Assembly (NCBI GenBank): GCA_020050355.1
Contig: JAGVKT010000036.1
Coordinates: forward strand, 130,669-194,668
Origin: Gammaproteobacteria bacterium
Lineage (GTDB): Bacteria > Pseudomonadota > Gammaproteobacteria > Francisellales > CACEW01
Direction of reading: 5' to 3'
DNA length: 64,000 nt
Shown: positions 9,914 through 20,614 of the stretch, in pieces
Position numbering within the stretch: position 1 is the stretch's first letter
Layout: each line of letters starts with the position of its first letter
The notes under the pieces: generated by a model
What the model was told of the DNA's origin: nothing
Seen by the model: only the letters and a program-made list of their open reading frames with translations
The model's database searches: none
Made by a program: the position numbers and the translations under genes

Positions 9914-11077
9914 TTAATGTTTTGCTGCAGCAACTACTTTTTTAGCAGCATCAGTAAAACCTTCAGCAGCAATAATATTAAGCCCGCTGTCTTGTAATTT
10001 TTTTCGACCTAAATCGGCATTAGTTCCTTCTAAACGAACAACCACAGGAATTTTTACACCTACTTCAGCGACCGCATCAATAATACCTTCAGCAATCATA
10101 TCGCAACGCACGATTCCACCAAAGATATTCACTAATACCGCCTTTACGGAAGGATCGGACAAAATTAATTTAAAAGCTTCGATCACACGCTCTTTATTAG
10201 CACCACCACCCACATCTAGGAAATTCGCAGGATTGCCACCATTGAGCTTAATAATATCCATAGTAGCCATCGCAAGGCCTGCACCATTAACCATACAACC
10301 AATATTGCCTTCAAGTGCAACATAGTTAATCTGATGGCGCTGCGCAATTTCTTCACGCTCATCTTCTTGGGAAGGATCACGCATCGCTTGTAGTTTTTGA
10401 TGACGATACAGCGCATTGTCATCAAGATTAATTTTAGCATCTAAACAATGCAAATTACCTTCTTTAGTAATAACAAGAGGATTAATTTCAAGAAGCGCAA
10501 AATCAAAATCCGTAAACATTTTTGCCAAGCCCATAAAAATTTTAGTAAATTGCCCAATTTGAATATCAGTTAATCCCAATTGAAAACCAAGCTCACGCGC
10601 TTGATAGGGCTGTGGACCTACCAAAGGATCAATAGTCGCTTTTAAAATTTTTTCAGGATGGGTCTTAGCAATTTCTTCAATTTCAACACCACCTTCAGTA
10701 GAAGCCATAAATACAATACGTCGTGAAGCACGATCAACTACAGCACCCAAATAAAGTTCTTTTGCAATATCAGTACAACTTTCAACTAAAATAGTATCAA
10801 TAGGCTGACCCTTAGCATCCGTCTGATAAGTAACCAAGCGTGATCCAAGCATTTTATTGACGAACTCTTTGATTTCATCTTTGGTTTTGAGAAGCTTAAC
10901 GCCACCTGCTTTACCTCTACCTCCTGCATGAACTTGCGCTTTAACGACCCACATCTGACCACCAATATCATCTGCGGCTTGAACAGCATCCGCAGCATTT
11001 TTTACCGCAACGCCCTTAGACACGGGCAAACCATATTCTTTGAATAACTGCTTTCCTTGATATTCATGTAAGTTCAT
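9914..11077 (-). CDS. sucC: Succinyl-CoA synthetase beta subunit
   Basis: [19 protein letters not shown] is the canonical SucC start. I moved the start to the ATG at 11077 (RBS AAGAGGAAT upstream). The track's 16-codon extension is probably not translated. Confidence 0.96.
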   Translation of the reverse strand: MNLHEYQGKQLFKEYGLPVSKGVAVKNAADAVQAADDIGGQMWVVKAQVHAGGRGKAGGVKLLKTKDEIKEFVNKMLGSRLVTYQTDAKGQPIDTILVESCTDIAKELYLGAVVDRASRRIVFMASTEGGVEIEEIAKTHPEKILKATIDPLVGPQPYQARELGFQLGLTDIQIGQFTKIFMGLAKMFTDFDFALLEINPLVITKEGNLHCLDAKINLDDNALYRHQKLQAMRDPSQEDEREEIAQRHQINYVALEGNIGCMVNGAGLAMATMDIIKLNGGNPANFLDVGGGANKERVIEAFKLILSDPSVKAVLVNIFGGIVRCDMIAEGIIDAVAEVGVKIPVVVRLEGTNADLGRKKLQDSGLNIIAAEGFTDAAKKVVAAAKH

Positions 11078-11158
11078 AATATTCCTCTTGATATATAATG
11101 GTTGAAGCGTTGCATACTTTAGCATACTCTAATAGCAATAGAAAAGGTTGAAAAATAT

Positions 11159-11956
11159 ATGAGAGTTATTACCTTCAATGCCAACGGCATTCGCTCAGCA
11201 ACTAAAAAAGGCTTTTTTGATTGGTTTTACCAACAAGATGCCGATGTCTTATGTATTCAAGAAACTAAAGCTCAAGAATATCAACTAGATGACGATCTAT
11301 TTTGTCATAATGAATATGAGCGCTATTTTTTTGATGCCGTAAAATTAGGCTATAGCGGCGTAGCCATTTACACCCGTTGCAAACCTGATCAAGTCATCAA
11401 AGGTTTAGGTTTTCCTCTATGTGACACAGAAGGACGTTATATAGAGGCGCAATATGGCGATGTAAGCATTATTTCTTTATATCTGCCTTCAGGCTCAAGT
11501 GGCGAAGAGCGACAAATACAAAAATTCAAATTTATGAAACTGTATCAAGAAATTTTAGAAAAACAAATTCATAACAAACGTCATTATATCATTTGTGGTG
11601 ATTTCAATATTATTCACAAAAAAATCGATATTAAAAATTGGGCCAGCAATCAAAAAAGCTCAGGATGTTTACCCGAAGAGCGAGCTTGGCTTGATTACTT
11701 ATTTGAAATGCTCGGCTGGGTAGATGCTTTTCGAATATTAAATCAAGAGCCCGATCAATATACATGGTTTTCTGAGCGCGCCAAAGCTTGGGACAAAAAC
11801 GTCGGATGGCGCATTGATTATCAAATGGTAAGTCCGGCGTTACGAAATTGTATAAAAGCAGTAAGCATTTATCGTCAACAAAAATTCTCTGACCATGCCC
11901 CGGTTATTGTAGATTATGATTTAACGTTAACAAAAGGAAACCAACCTTATGCATAA
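11159..11956 (+). CDS. xthA: Exodeoxyribonuclease III
   Basis: 265 aa. Contains MRVITFNANGIRS, VLCIQETK and the C-terminal SDHAPV motif of the ExoIII/AP endonuclease family. Confidence 0.92.
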   Translation: MRVITFNANGIRSATKKGFFDWFYQQDADVLCIQETKAQEYQLDDDLFCHNEYERYFFDAVKLGYSGVAIYTRCKPDQVIKGLGFPLCDTEGRYIEAQYGDVSIISLYLPSGSSGEERQIQKFKFMKLYQEILEKQIHNKRHYIICGDFNIIHKKIDIKNWASNQKSSGCLPEERAWLDYLFEMLGWVDAFRILNQEPDQYTWFSERAKAWDKNVGWRIDYQMVSPALRNCIKAVSIYRQQKFSDHAPVIVDYDLTLTKGNQPYA

Positions 11957-13025
11957 GGTTTTAACAATCGGAGGTGCAACCCTCGACACTATTATTTCCT
12001 ACGAAGACATGGAAACTTTGATTCATCAACGTAAAGGGGCTTCTCAATCTTATTTGCTACTAGAGGAGGGCAAAAAAATTGAAGTCACTCAACAAGAAGT
12101 AGTGAGTGGCGGCGGTGCTACCAATACCGCTGTAGCTTTTAAGCGTCAAGGTTATGAAGTAATCTTATTTTGTAAAATCGGTCGCGATCTATCAGGTCAA
12201 TTAGTCTTAAAAGAATTACAAGATTATGGCTTGAATACCCAATATATTTCTTATGATGAAAAAGTAGCAACTGCAACTTCTTTTATTGTACCCTCACTTA
12301 AAGGCGACCGCGCTGTTTTTGCTTATCGTGGTGCAAATGCTAATTTGCTGATGAAAGATTTAGCCCTCGAACATATTAAAGAGTGCCAATTCATTTATAT
12401 CACTTCTTTAAGCAAAGCTTCAGCAGAACAACTTCCACAAATCGTTACTGCTGCAAACAAAGCAAAGGTGCCCGTAGCTATTAATCCTGGAGTAAGCCAA
12501 TTACAAAAAGGTGCTGAAGAGCTCAAAAAAAGTTTGCCCGGAATTGATATTTTCATTCTCAATGAAGAAGAAGCAAAAACTTTTATGGTAGCCTTACATG
12601 GCGATAGTGAGATTGCAGAGCAAACAGGCGCTAAACGTCTAATCGACTCTAAAGTAAGTTTCACGCATGGATATTTTAATTTGCGCGAATTCTTTAAAAA
12701 AGTTTTAGATCGAGGACCAAGAGTGGTAGTGGTCACTAACGGTAGTGAAGGTGTTTATGTAGCCACACGTGAAAAACTTTATTTTCATAAAGCACCAAAA
12801 ATTAAAGTTATTAATACCTTAGGTGCAGGTGATGCCTTTGGCTCTGGCTTTACCGGAGCACTTTATAAAGGTCATGCAATTAGCGACGCCATACGTATGG
12901 GTGTGTTGAATAGTGCCTCAGTAATTCAATACTCTGGTGCAAAAAAAGGGCTACTCACAACCGAACAATTACACCAATGCCTTCAAGAAAGCGATGCTTC
13001 ATTGCTATCTGAATTAAACTGGTAG
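11949..13025 (+). CDS. PfkB-family carbohydrate/nucleoside kinase
   Basis: 358 aa. Has the N-terminal GG motif ([11 protein letters not shown]) and the C-terminal [12 protein letters not shown] signature. It overlaps xthA by 8 nt and is followed 5 nt later by nadB. Confidence 0.75.
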   Translation: MHKVLTIGGATLDTIISYEDMETLIHQRKGASQSYLLLEEGKKIEVTQQEVVSGGGATNTAVAFKRQGYEVILFCKIGRDLSGQLVLKELQDYGLNTQYISYDEKVATATSFIVPSLKGDRAVFAYRGANANLLMKDLALEHIKECQFIYITSLSKASAEQLPQIVTAANKAKVPVAINPGVSQLQKGAEELKKSLPGIDIFILNEEEAKTFMVALHGDSEIAEQTGAKRLIDSKVSFTHGYFNLREFFKKVLDRGPRVVVVTNGSEGVYVATREKLYFHKAPKIKVINTLGAGDAFGSGFTGALYKGHAISDAIRMGVLNSASVIQYSGAKKGLLTTEQLHQCLQESDASLLSELNW

Positions 13026-13030
13026 TTTTC

Positions 13031-14575
13031 ATGAAACATCATTTTGACGTGCTTATTATTGGTAGCGGTGCCGCAGGCTTGACCGCAGCGATATCCTTAG
13101 CAGAATCAGGAAAATCTATAGGTATCCTCTGTAAAGGCCCTTTATCTGAAGGCTCAACCTTATACGCACAAGGCGGTATAGCAGCAGTATGGGATCGCGA
13201 GGATACGCTAGAAGCCCATACTCGTGATACTTTGATTGCCGGCGCGGGTTTATGCGATATAGAAGCAGTTAAATTTACCGTAAAACACGGTCGTGCAGCA
13301 GTACAATGGCTAATTGATCGAGGCGTACAATTTACCCAAGAACAAACACCTGAGGGTGAGTGGCGCTATCATCTCAATCGCGAAGGCGGACATTCACATC
13401 GACGAATTATCCATTCGGATGATGAAACAGGCAAGAGCGTTTCTAAAACCTTAGTTGATCTAGTGCGCCAATTCAAAAACATTCATATCTTTGAAGAACA
13501 TTTAGCAATTGATCTAATCAAACTTGAAGGACGCTGTGTAGGCTGCTATGCGCTAGTAGAGGCAGGACATAAAATTTATACTTTCACTGCCAGCGCAACT
13601 ATTTTAGCAACCGGTGGTGCGAGCCGCGCTTATCTCTATAGTACTAACCCTGCGGTTTCTAGTGGTGATGGCATTGCCATGGGTGCACGTATTGGCTGCC
13701 GAGTGCGCGGCATGGAGTTTAATCAATTTCATCCAACATGCCTTTATCATCCTGAGGCACGCTCTTTTTTATTAACCGAAGCCTTACGCGGAGAGGGTGC
13801 ATATTTAATTTTACCTGATGGCACACGCTTTATGTCAAAATTTCATGAATTGGCAGAATTAGCGCCTCGAGATATTGTAGCACGCACCATTGACCATGAA
13901 ATGAAACGCTTAGGCTTAGACTGTGTCTATCTTGATATTTCACACAAACCCGCAGAGTTCATTAAACAGCATTTTCCAAATATATATGCACGTTTATTAG
14001 AATATGGTTTTGATCTCACCAAAGAACCAATACCTGTAGTTCCAGCAGCGCATTATACATGCGGCGGTATTATTGTTGATCAACGGGCACGCACAGACAT
14101 TCCAGGCTTATATGCAGCGGGCGAGGTAACTTCCACAGGTTTACACGGCGCTAATCGTATGGCCAGTAATTCTTTATTGGAATGTTTAGTTTATGCACGA
14201 GCAGCAGCGCAAGATATTCTGCAAAATCCATTCATACAGGTTGATTCTAAGCAAATTAAACCTTGGGATGAAAGTTGGGTTCATGATTCATCAGAAGAAA
14301 TTTTGGTCACACAAAACTGGGATGAAATTCGTCGCTTTATGTGGAATTACGTAGGTATTGTACGTTCTAACAAACGCTTGCAACGTGCTTTAGCACGAGT
14401 AAATTTACTAAAACATGAAATCCAAGAATATTATGCTCGTTTTAAGATCACGCGTAATTTATTAGAGTTACGCAATTTAATAGTAGTAGCCGAATTGATT
14501 GTAACTCAAGCGCTTGCACGGCAAGAAAGTATAGGCCTACATTACAATATCGATTACCCTCCAACAAAAAAATAA
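13031..14575 (+). CDS. nadB: L-aspartate oxidase
   Basis: 514 aa. Contains the FAD-binding [21 protein letters not shown], and HYTCGGI ... GLYAAGEV. Confidence 0.92.
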   Translation: MKHHFDVLIIGSGAAGLTAAISLAESGKSIGILCKGPLSEGSTLYAQGGIAAVWDREDTLEAHTRDTLIAGAGLCDIEAVKFTVKHGRAAVQWLIDRGVQFTQEQTPEGEWRYHLNREGGHSHRRIIHSDDETGKSVSKTLVDLVRQFKNIHIFEEHLAIDLIKLEGRCVGCYALVEAGHKIYTFTASATILATGGASRAYLYSTNPAVSSGDGIAMGARIGCRVRGMEFNQFHPTCLYHPEARSFLLTEALRGEGAYLILPDGTRFMSKFHELAELAPRDIVARTIDHEMKRLGLDCVYLDISHKPAEFIKQHFPNIYARLLEYGFDLTKEPIPVVPAAHYTCGGIIVDQRARTDIPGLYAAGEVTSTGLHGANRMASNSLLECLVYARAAAQDILQNPFIQVDSKQIKPWDESWVHDSSEEILVTQNWDEIRRFMWNYVGIVRSNKRLQRALARVNLLKHEIQEYYARFKITRNLLELRNLIVVAELIVTQALARQESIGLHYNIDYPPTKK

Positions 14576-14577
14576 AG

Positions 14578-15408
14578 CTATTTTGCTGAAGCGATGATAT
14601 TGCGTGGTATACCAGCATAATCATCATAAGTACGTATATTATGATAACCCGCAACGGTCAATATATTTATTAATGCTTCCCGCTGGTCATATCCATGTTC
14701 TAAGAGCAGTAAACCTCTTGGCTTAAGATAATTTTTTGCTTGTTTGCTAATAAGCTCATAAGCTTCTAAACCCGTTATGCCGGCAACCAAAGCATGCCGG
14801 GGCTCAAAACGTAAATCACCTTGCAATAAATGCGGATCATCAGCTTGTAAATAAGGAGGATTACTAATCAACGCATCATAGTTTTTTTCAGGCAAAGCCT
14901 CACACCATAAACCTTCATAAAAATGCACTGAGGTTAATTGTAGTTTTTGAGCATTATCTCTAGCAATTTTTAAAGCAGCAAAACTATCATCTACCGCATC
15001 AATATGCCAATGAGGCCGCTCATGCGCCAGGCTTAAGGCAATTGCACCTGAGCCTGTTCCTAAATCAGCAACTTTACAAGGCGCAGTCGCCGACAAAAAT
15101 TCAAGCGTTAACTCTACTAAACGCTCAGTTTCAGGGCGAGGAATTAACACATGCTCATTAACTATTAAATCTACAGTCCAAAATCCACGCACATGTGTTA
15201 AATAGGCAATAGGAATTCCCTGAGCACGCTGACGAACAAGTTGAAAAAATTCTTCGGTTAAATTGAGCTGTTCATCTGCGTGTAAAAAAAGCCAAGCGCC
15301 ATTTTTCTTGGTAAGGGCCATAAGCAAATAAAGCGCATCAGTTTCTGGTGTGGAAGAATGCTGTGCAAGAATTTGCACTGCTTGCGTTAAAGCTTCTTTA
15401 ATTTGCAT
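14578..15408 (-). CDS. prmC: Release-factor glutamine N5-methyltransferase
   Basis: 276 aa. Contains the SAM motif DLGTGSGAIAL and the catalytic NPPY (ISNPPYL). Confidence 0.9.
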   Translation of the reverse strand: MQIKEALTQAVQILAQHSSTPETDALYLLMALTKKNGAWLFLHADEQLNLTEEFFQLVRQRAQGIPIAYLTHVRGFWTVDLIVNEHVLIPRPETERLVELTLEFLSATAPCKVADLGTGSGAIALSLAHERPHWHIDAVDDSFAALKIARDNAQKLQLTSVHFYEGLWCEALPEKNYDALISNPPYLQADDPHLLQGDLRFEPRHALVAGITGLEAYELISKQAKNYLKPRGLLLLEHGYDQREALINILTVAGYHNIRTYDDYAGIPRNIIASAK

Positions 15409-16190
15409 TACTGATTTTTTTCTTCGCCACGTAACGTTAAAACTTCATAGCCTTGTTCAGTAACTGCAATAGTGTGCTCCCACTGCGCAGACAAAGAACG
15501 ATCTTTAGTAACTGCCGTCCATTGATCAGGCAGGGTTTTTACGTGATGTGCTCCTGCATTTAACATGGGCTCAATTGTAAAGGTCATGCCTGCTTCTAAT
15601 ATCATGCCGGTACCAGGCTTGCCATAATGCATCACTTGAAGCTCTGGCTCATGAAAAATCGTACCAATACCATGTCCACAATATTCACGCACAACCGAAA
15701 ACCCCAAATTTTCTGCATAACTCTGAATCGCATAACCAATGTCACCCAAGCGCCGCCCAGGTTTAACAATACGTATCCCACGCCACAAAGCTTCATAGGT
15801 AGCAGCCACCAAGCGTTTTGCTAGCGTCGAAGTTTCACCACCCACGATAAACATTTTGCTCGTATCACCATGATAACCATCCTTAATTAAGGTCACATCA
15901 ATATTTAAGATATCACCTTTTTTTAATGGTTTATCATTGGGAATACCATGACATACAACGTGATTCACTGAAGTACAAATCGATTTTGGGAAGGGCGGAT
16001 TACCATAATTAAGCGGTGCAGGAATGGCCTTGAGTGTATTAACTGTATACTCATGACAAAGGTCATTTAATTGATTGGTAGTCACTCCCGGAACTACATG
16101 AGGTGTAATCATTTCTAATAATGTTGCTGCAAGATGTCCTGCAACACGCATTTTAGCAATTTCATCAGCATTTTTGATACGAACTTTCAT
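15408..16190 (-). CDS. map: Methionine aminopeptidase type I
   Basis: MKVRIKNADEIAKMRVAG ..., with the metal ligands context (GDILNIDVT, HGIG, FTIEP, WEHT). Start moved to the internal ATG at 16190, giving 260 aa. Confidence 0.93.
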   Translation of the reverse strand: MKVRIKNADEIAKMRVAGHLAATLLEMITPHVVPGVTTNQLNDLCHEYTVNTLKAIPAPLNYGNPPFPKSICTSVNHVVCHGIPNDKPLKKGDILNIDVTLIKDGYHGDTSKMFIVGGETSTLAKRLVAATYEALWRGIRIVKPGRRLGDIGYAIQSYAENLGFSVVREYCGHGIGTIFHEPELQVMHYGKPGTGMILEAGMTFTIEPMLNAGAHHVKTLPDQWTAVTKDRSLSAQWEHTIAVTEQGYEVLTLRGEEKNQ

Positions 16191-16259
16191 ATTTTTTATT
16201 CTCTGAAGGTGTGTTATTATCACAGATTTACTAGAAAGGCGCAAATAGTGCCCATACAC

Positions 16260-17510
16260 ATGAAGCAAAAAATTCGTATCGCCGTGGTAGATCCAATTAT
16301 TTCAAGCAGCTATTTCGCTACTGAGCTTAAAAAACATGATGTTGAAACTATTGCAATTTTCACCTTAAATTTAAATTTGCTCACTGATCATGAACGCGAG
16401 GCGCGCTTTCATCCAGAGCTCTTTGATCATACATTTTTTTTAAAAGATTACAAAAACCTCCAAGCTCTGGCTGAAGCGTTACGGCCTCTCAATATTGATT
16501 TTCTATGTTCCGGTTTTGAAGAGTCCGTCGCTTATACCGATCAATTAAATGCAATCTTACAGTTGCCCTATGCAAATGACCCGAAGACTTCCCATCACCG
16601 TTCTAACAAATATGAAATGCTCTCACAATTAAAAGCTTCAAATATTCCTACAGTAAAACAATTTAAAATAACGGGACATAAATGCACTGAAGAGGTTTTG
16701 CAAAATTTTAAAGATTGGCAGTTCCCCGCCATCATTAAGCCAAGTAATGGTTCTGGTTCGGCAGGCATAACCATTGTTAACAACATTGAAGATGTAAAAT
16801 TGTATCTGCAAAACGTACCCGCATACACTATCGGAAGAAAATTTGAAGAATTTTTAGTCCAAGAGCTACTAACAGGAACAGAATACGTAGTTGATACTTT
16901 AAGTATTCTAGGAAAACATCAGGTAATTAGCGTCTATCGCTATCATAAAATTTTGGTTGAGAGCAAACCCATTTATCGCTATGCAGAGATAGTACATCCA
17001 CAAACCGCTGAATATAAACTGGCTACAGACTACGCTGCTCAAGTCTTAACTGCTGTTGGTTTATTGAATGGCTTTGGGCACACGGAAATTTTTTTAACTC
17101 CGCAAGGTCCACGTTTAATAGAAGTTAACCCACGTATCGCTGGAGCATCCGGCCTGCCACATAAACTCACACAAGCTTTATTTAAAACTAATCAAATCGC
17201 CGCCCTTAGCTTTTTCTTAAAACATAAACAATTGGATATTAAAAATTATCTACCTCAAGGTTATGGTCGATTTTTATTAATTCAAAATTGGCAACCTAGA
17301 GTAATTGGTAATGTGGACATAGCCAAACTACAAAATCTATCCTCTTACAAAGAAATCCTAGTATTAAAGCCAGCAGGGACTTATCTCGAAAAACCCAAAG
17401 ATTTGGGGGATGTTGTATTATTAGTATTATTTATTAATCAAGATAAAGAGCAGTTAGAAAAAGACACCGCACAAGTTTTTATGTGGGAACAAGAACAAAT
17501 GCTTTTTTAA
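16260..17510 (+). CDS. ATP-grasp domain enzyme (carboxylate-amine ligase type)
   Basis: 416 aa from ATG 16260. FPAIIKPSNGSGSAGI (P-loop-like), EFLVQELLTGTEYVVD and GHTEIFLTPQGPRLIEVNPRIAG are typical ATP-grasp B/C-domain motifs. Confidence 0.7.
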   Translation: MKQKIRIAVVDPIISSSYFATELKKHDVETIAIFTLNLNLLTDHEREARFHPELFDHTFFLKDYKNLQALAEALRPLNIDFLCSGFEESVAYTDQLNAILQLPYANDPKTSHHRSNKYEMLSQLKASNIPTVKQFKITGHKCTEEVLQNFKDWQFPAIIKPSNGSGSAGITIVNNIEDVKLYLQNVPAYTIGRKFEEFLVQELLTGTEYVVDTLSILGKHQVISVYRYHKILVESKPIYRYAEIVHPQTAEYKLATDYAAQVLTAVGLLNGFGHTEIFLTPQGPRLIEVNPRIAGASGLPHKLTQALFKTNQIAALSFFLKHKQLDIKNYLPQGYGRFLLIQNWQPRVIGNVDIAKLQNLSSYKEILVLKPAGTYLEKPKDLGDVVLLVLFINQDKEQLEKDTAQVFMWEQEQMLF

Positions 17511-17515
17511 GAATT

Positions 17516-18406
17516 ATGAAAAAATATCTACCGAGCATACTTTATGTCATTATCACCGCAGCATCTGTATTATTAATTCACTTTGCCAATGCAAACATAG
17601 CTCCACTATGGCTCCTATTATTTAGCACCACACTTGCTACCATTTATTTTCACAGCGTTAACATCCACGCTTTAAAAAATATGTATCGCTTGGCATGGAT
17701 AGATAAATCACGCTGGTTGCTGGTCATGATCTTGGTTGCCTTAATATGGCTAACTACTTTTTATGGCTCAAGCATTAGCCCCAGTATTTTTATGGTACTT
17801 TATTTTTCTGTAGCTGCCTTTCTAGGACTAGTCACAACCATAAGGCAACAGCAAGAAAAAAAATACTCCTTATTGATCGTAGGCCTAGGAATGCTATTAA
17901 CAGTAAGTTTTATTATAGTAATCATGCTGAATCAGACATTCAAACTTGCCCCCAAAACAACATTACTCTTATTGATGTATGGAGTCATTGGTGGCGTTAC
18001 CAGTTTTTTATATATGCGGCAAAGTTACCTCTTTTCAAAAAAAACTACTCTTAAACCTACACAAATATTAGCCGTACGCTTTTGGCTACTCATCGGAATA
18101 TGCATACTTTTAGCTCCCATGCACGAAGTAAGACCTAGCTTACTAAATATATGGAACATAATTATAATTGTGATGGTCTCTATCATTTCTTTAATTTTAC
18201 CGCTTTATTTCAATCAGAAAGGGATTATCGAAGCAGGCCCAGAAATAAATGCAATTATTGGGGGCTATACTCCTGCATTAACATATCTTCTTGCAGTTAT
18301 TTGCATGTTACAGCCTTTTCATCTAGATTTATTCCTCCTTTACTGCTTAGTTGCTTTTTTTATTGGCTGGCCTTTTTTAAAAAAAATGCATTCAACTCAT
18401 AGATGA
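17516..18406 (+). CDS. Polytopic membrane protein (~10 TM), DMT/EamA-like permease by topology only
   Basis: 296 aa from ATG 17516. It starts 6 nt after the ATP-grasp stop. No diagnostic motif was recognised. Confidence 0.45.
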   Translation: MKKYLPSILYVIITAASVLLIHFANANIAPLWLLLFSTTLATIYFHSVNIHALKNMYRLAWIDKSRWLLVMILVALIWLTTFYGSSISPSIFMVLYFSVAAFLGLVTTIRQQQEKKYSLLIVGLGMLLTVSFIIVIMLNQTFKLAPKTTLLLLMYGVIGGVTSFLYMRQSYLFSKKTTLKPTQILAVRFWLLIGICILLAPMHEVRPSLLNIWNIIIIVMVSIISLILPLYFNQKGIIEAGPEINAIIGGYTPALTYLLAVICMLQPFHLDLFLLYCLVAFFIGWPFLKKMHSTHR

Positions 18407-18458
18407 CCAGAAAAACCCCTTGTGTTATCTTAGTGAAGTTTAAAGCTCTAGTACTCAA

Positions 18459-19553
18459 ATGAAAAAATTACAAAATTATTTTGCACGTGAAGTAATGCAC
18501 ACGATGTTGCTCATGATGCTCATATTCCTTGGCATTATGATTTGCATTGTTTTCATTCGTTATTTGTCTATGGCCGCATCAGGAGAAATGTCTCTTAAAA
18601 ATGCTATTGCCATGCTGGGCATTATCATGCCTAATTTTATTAATTTATTAATTCCCATTACTTTATTCCTTTCATTGATCATTACCATTAATCGACTTTT
18701 ATATGACAGCGAATTAGTAACTGCGTTTGCCTGTGGCGTAGGTTGGTTTGATTTAGTGAAATGGCTATATCTACCAGGGTTTTTACTTGCACTACTAAAT
18801 GTAATATTGAGTTTTTGGGTCGTACCCAAAATGGCTTACTATCAAGATAACCTTTTACAAATTTCTTCACAGAATGCCAGCATGGCAAGTTTTTTAGAAA
18901 CAGGGCGCTTTTTTTATACCGGTACCGACAATCAGGTCATCTACGTGGGCGCTGTTAATTTTAAAACTGGAGTATCACAACAAATATTTATTTATCGTAA
19001 AATCGGTAATGTGACCGAATTAATTCTTGCACCTCAAGGACAAATCACTGAGCAAGATAAATTATCCCAATTAACATTACTAAATGGCCATGAATACCAA
19101 GGCGTCCTTGGAACGCTAGCATATCAAATGGTACATTTTGGTAGTTTTAATTTATTGATGATACCCACTTACAACACCGATTATACTGACAAAAGCACCT
19201 TTCCTGTCCCTGACTTAATTAGAGACCATGGCCCAGGCAGTAAATTAGAATTAGAATGGCGCAGCTCAACGCCTTTAATGACCTTAGTCTTAACCGTATT
19301 AGGTGTAATGTTAAGCGATGTACGTCCACGCAAAAGCAAATATATTTATTTTTTAGCAGGGACAGCTATTTTCATTATTTACTTTAATGGCCTTTCAATC
19401 GCGCGCTCAATGGTCATTACGCATGCATTACCTATGCTTCCTGGGTTATATCTCGTCCATGGTATTTTTTTTGGAATAGCCTTATTTTTATTAGCAAAAC
19501 GAGAAGTTTTTTTTAGTTCTTTATTTACTTCAAAGCGACGAGAAATAAAATGA
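18459..19553 (+). CDS. lptF: LPS export ABC permease LptF
   Basis: 364 aa, YjgP/YjgQ-family architecture (3 TM, periplasmic beta-jellyroll, 3 TM). Overlaps lptG by 4 nt. Confidence 0.88.
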   Translation: MKKLQNYFAREVMHTMLLMMLIFLGIMICIVFIRYLSMAASGEMSLKNAIAMLGIIMPNFINLLIPITLFLSLIITINRLLYDSELVTAFACGVGWFDLVKWLYLPGFLLALLNVILSFWVVPKMAYYQDNLLQISSQNASMASFLETGRFFYTGTDNQVIYVGAVNFKTGVSQQIFIYRKIGNVTELILAPQGQITEQDKLSQLTLLNGHEYQGVLGTLAYQMVHFGSFNLLMIPTYNTDYTDKSTFPVPDLIRDHGPGSKLELEWRSSTPLMTLVLTVLGVMLSDVRPRKSKYIYFLAGTAIFIIYFNGLSIARSMVITHALPMLPGLYLVHGIFFGIALFLLAKREVFFSSLFTSKRREIK

Positions 19554-20614
19554 AAATTTTTTGGTATATCGCACGCCATGTTTTATTGACTATTGCTTTA
19601 GTTCTATTAGTTGTCGTTGCTATTGATTTTGCTTTTGCTGTAATCGCAGAAATTAAATCTATCGGCACGAACACTCAAAACTATTCTTGGAGAGATGCCA
19701 TTATTTATGTGCTATTGCGCTTACCCTCTGACATCTACCTTATTTTTCCCATCGCGGCTTTTTTAGGAAGCTTAATTAGCTTAATGATATTTTCATTGCG
19801 TAGTGAGCTAATAGTCATGCGCGCAGCAGGGGTATCTATTTTTCAACTCGCTCAGGCCTTACTATTAAGCACAGGGATATTATTAATTATTTATTATTCC
19901 CTGAGCTTATTTATTGCACCCTATACCCGTTACAAGGCGACCATTGAAGATAACATTTTTCAAAATAACCAAGACATCTTAATCTTAGCAAAACAAACTT
20001 GGCTAAGATCAGGCGACCATTTTTTATTACTAGGAACAGTATTACCTGATGGTAATATTCAAAATGTTACCGACTTTCAATTACATAACGGAGTCTTACA
20101 AACTATACGTCAAATAGAAGGGATTCACTTAAATACAGATAACACGTGGACCCTCCAACACATAGAGGTGACATCGCTTACAGATAAAGGTGCAAGCAAA
20201 ACTTACAATGATATCCTCACAGAGCCAAGCTTGATCGCACCAAAATTATTAGCAGTAATTACCATGCAACCGGATGAAATGGATATTGTGACCTTGCACC
20301 ATTACATCCAATATCGTAAGCAAAATAATTTAGATATCAAATCTTACGTCTTACAATTTTGGAATAGGATTTTTGAGCCCTTGATGTTGCCCATTATGAT
20401 TTTAATTGCCATTCCATTTGTTTTAGGCAGCCATCGCTCTAGAATTCACTTAAAAATTTTTATAGGCTTAGCATTAGGCTTTTCTTTTTATATTGTTGGA
20501 CAATTCTTTGGATCTTTGACCTTACTCACCGCACTACCAGCATTTTGGGGGGCTTTATTACCAGCCCTGATCTTTGGTAGTATTTTAGCAGTACTCCTAT
20601 GGATTTTATCCTAA
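19550..20614 (+). CDS. lptG: LPS export ABC permease LptG
   Basis: 354 aa and paralogous to the preceding ORF, giving the typical lptFG pair. Confidence 0.88.
   Translation: MKIFWYIARHVLLTIALVLLVVVAIDFAFAVIAEIKSIGTNTQNYSWRDAIIYVLLRLPSDIYLIFPIAAFLGSLISLMIFSLRSELIVMRAAGVSIFQLAQALLLSTGILLIIYYSLSLFIAPYTRYKATIEDNIFQNNQDILILAKQTWLRSGDHFLLLGTVLPDGNIQNVTDFQLHNGVLQTIRQIEGIHLNTDNTWTLQHIEVTSLTDKGASKTYNDILTEPSLIAPKLLAVITMQPDEMDIVTLHHYIQYRKQNNLDIKSYVLQFWNRIFEPLMLPIMILIAIPFVLGSHRSRIHLKIFIGLALGFSFYIVGQFFGSLTLLTALPAFWGALLPALIFGSILAVLLWILS

Noticed and set aside
12395-12736. Nested antisense or out-of-frame ORFs inside well-supported genes. Examples are 12395-12736, 10216-10440, 10786-10998, 29540-29848, 43566-43841, 44556-44864, 46886-47338, 60476-60874 and 62014-62329.
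   Set aside because: Each lies entirely within a gene whose product is confidently recognisable on the other strand or frame. None has a recognisable motif or translation signals.
16134-16268. Overlapping 5' extensions of the divergent map and ATP-grasp ORFs. The same applies to 11078-11125 for sucC, 21967-21987 for tolC, and 25089-25124, 33075-33113, 50025-50051 and 51029-51067.
   Set aside because: In each case an internal ATG gives the family-typical N-terminus or signal peptide and a better RBS. The extensions create implausible overlaps.
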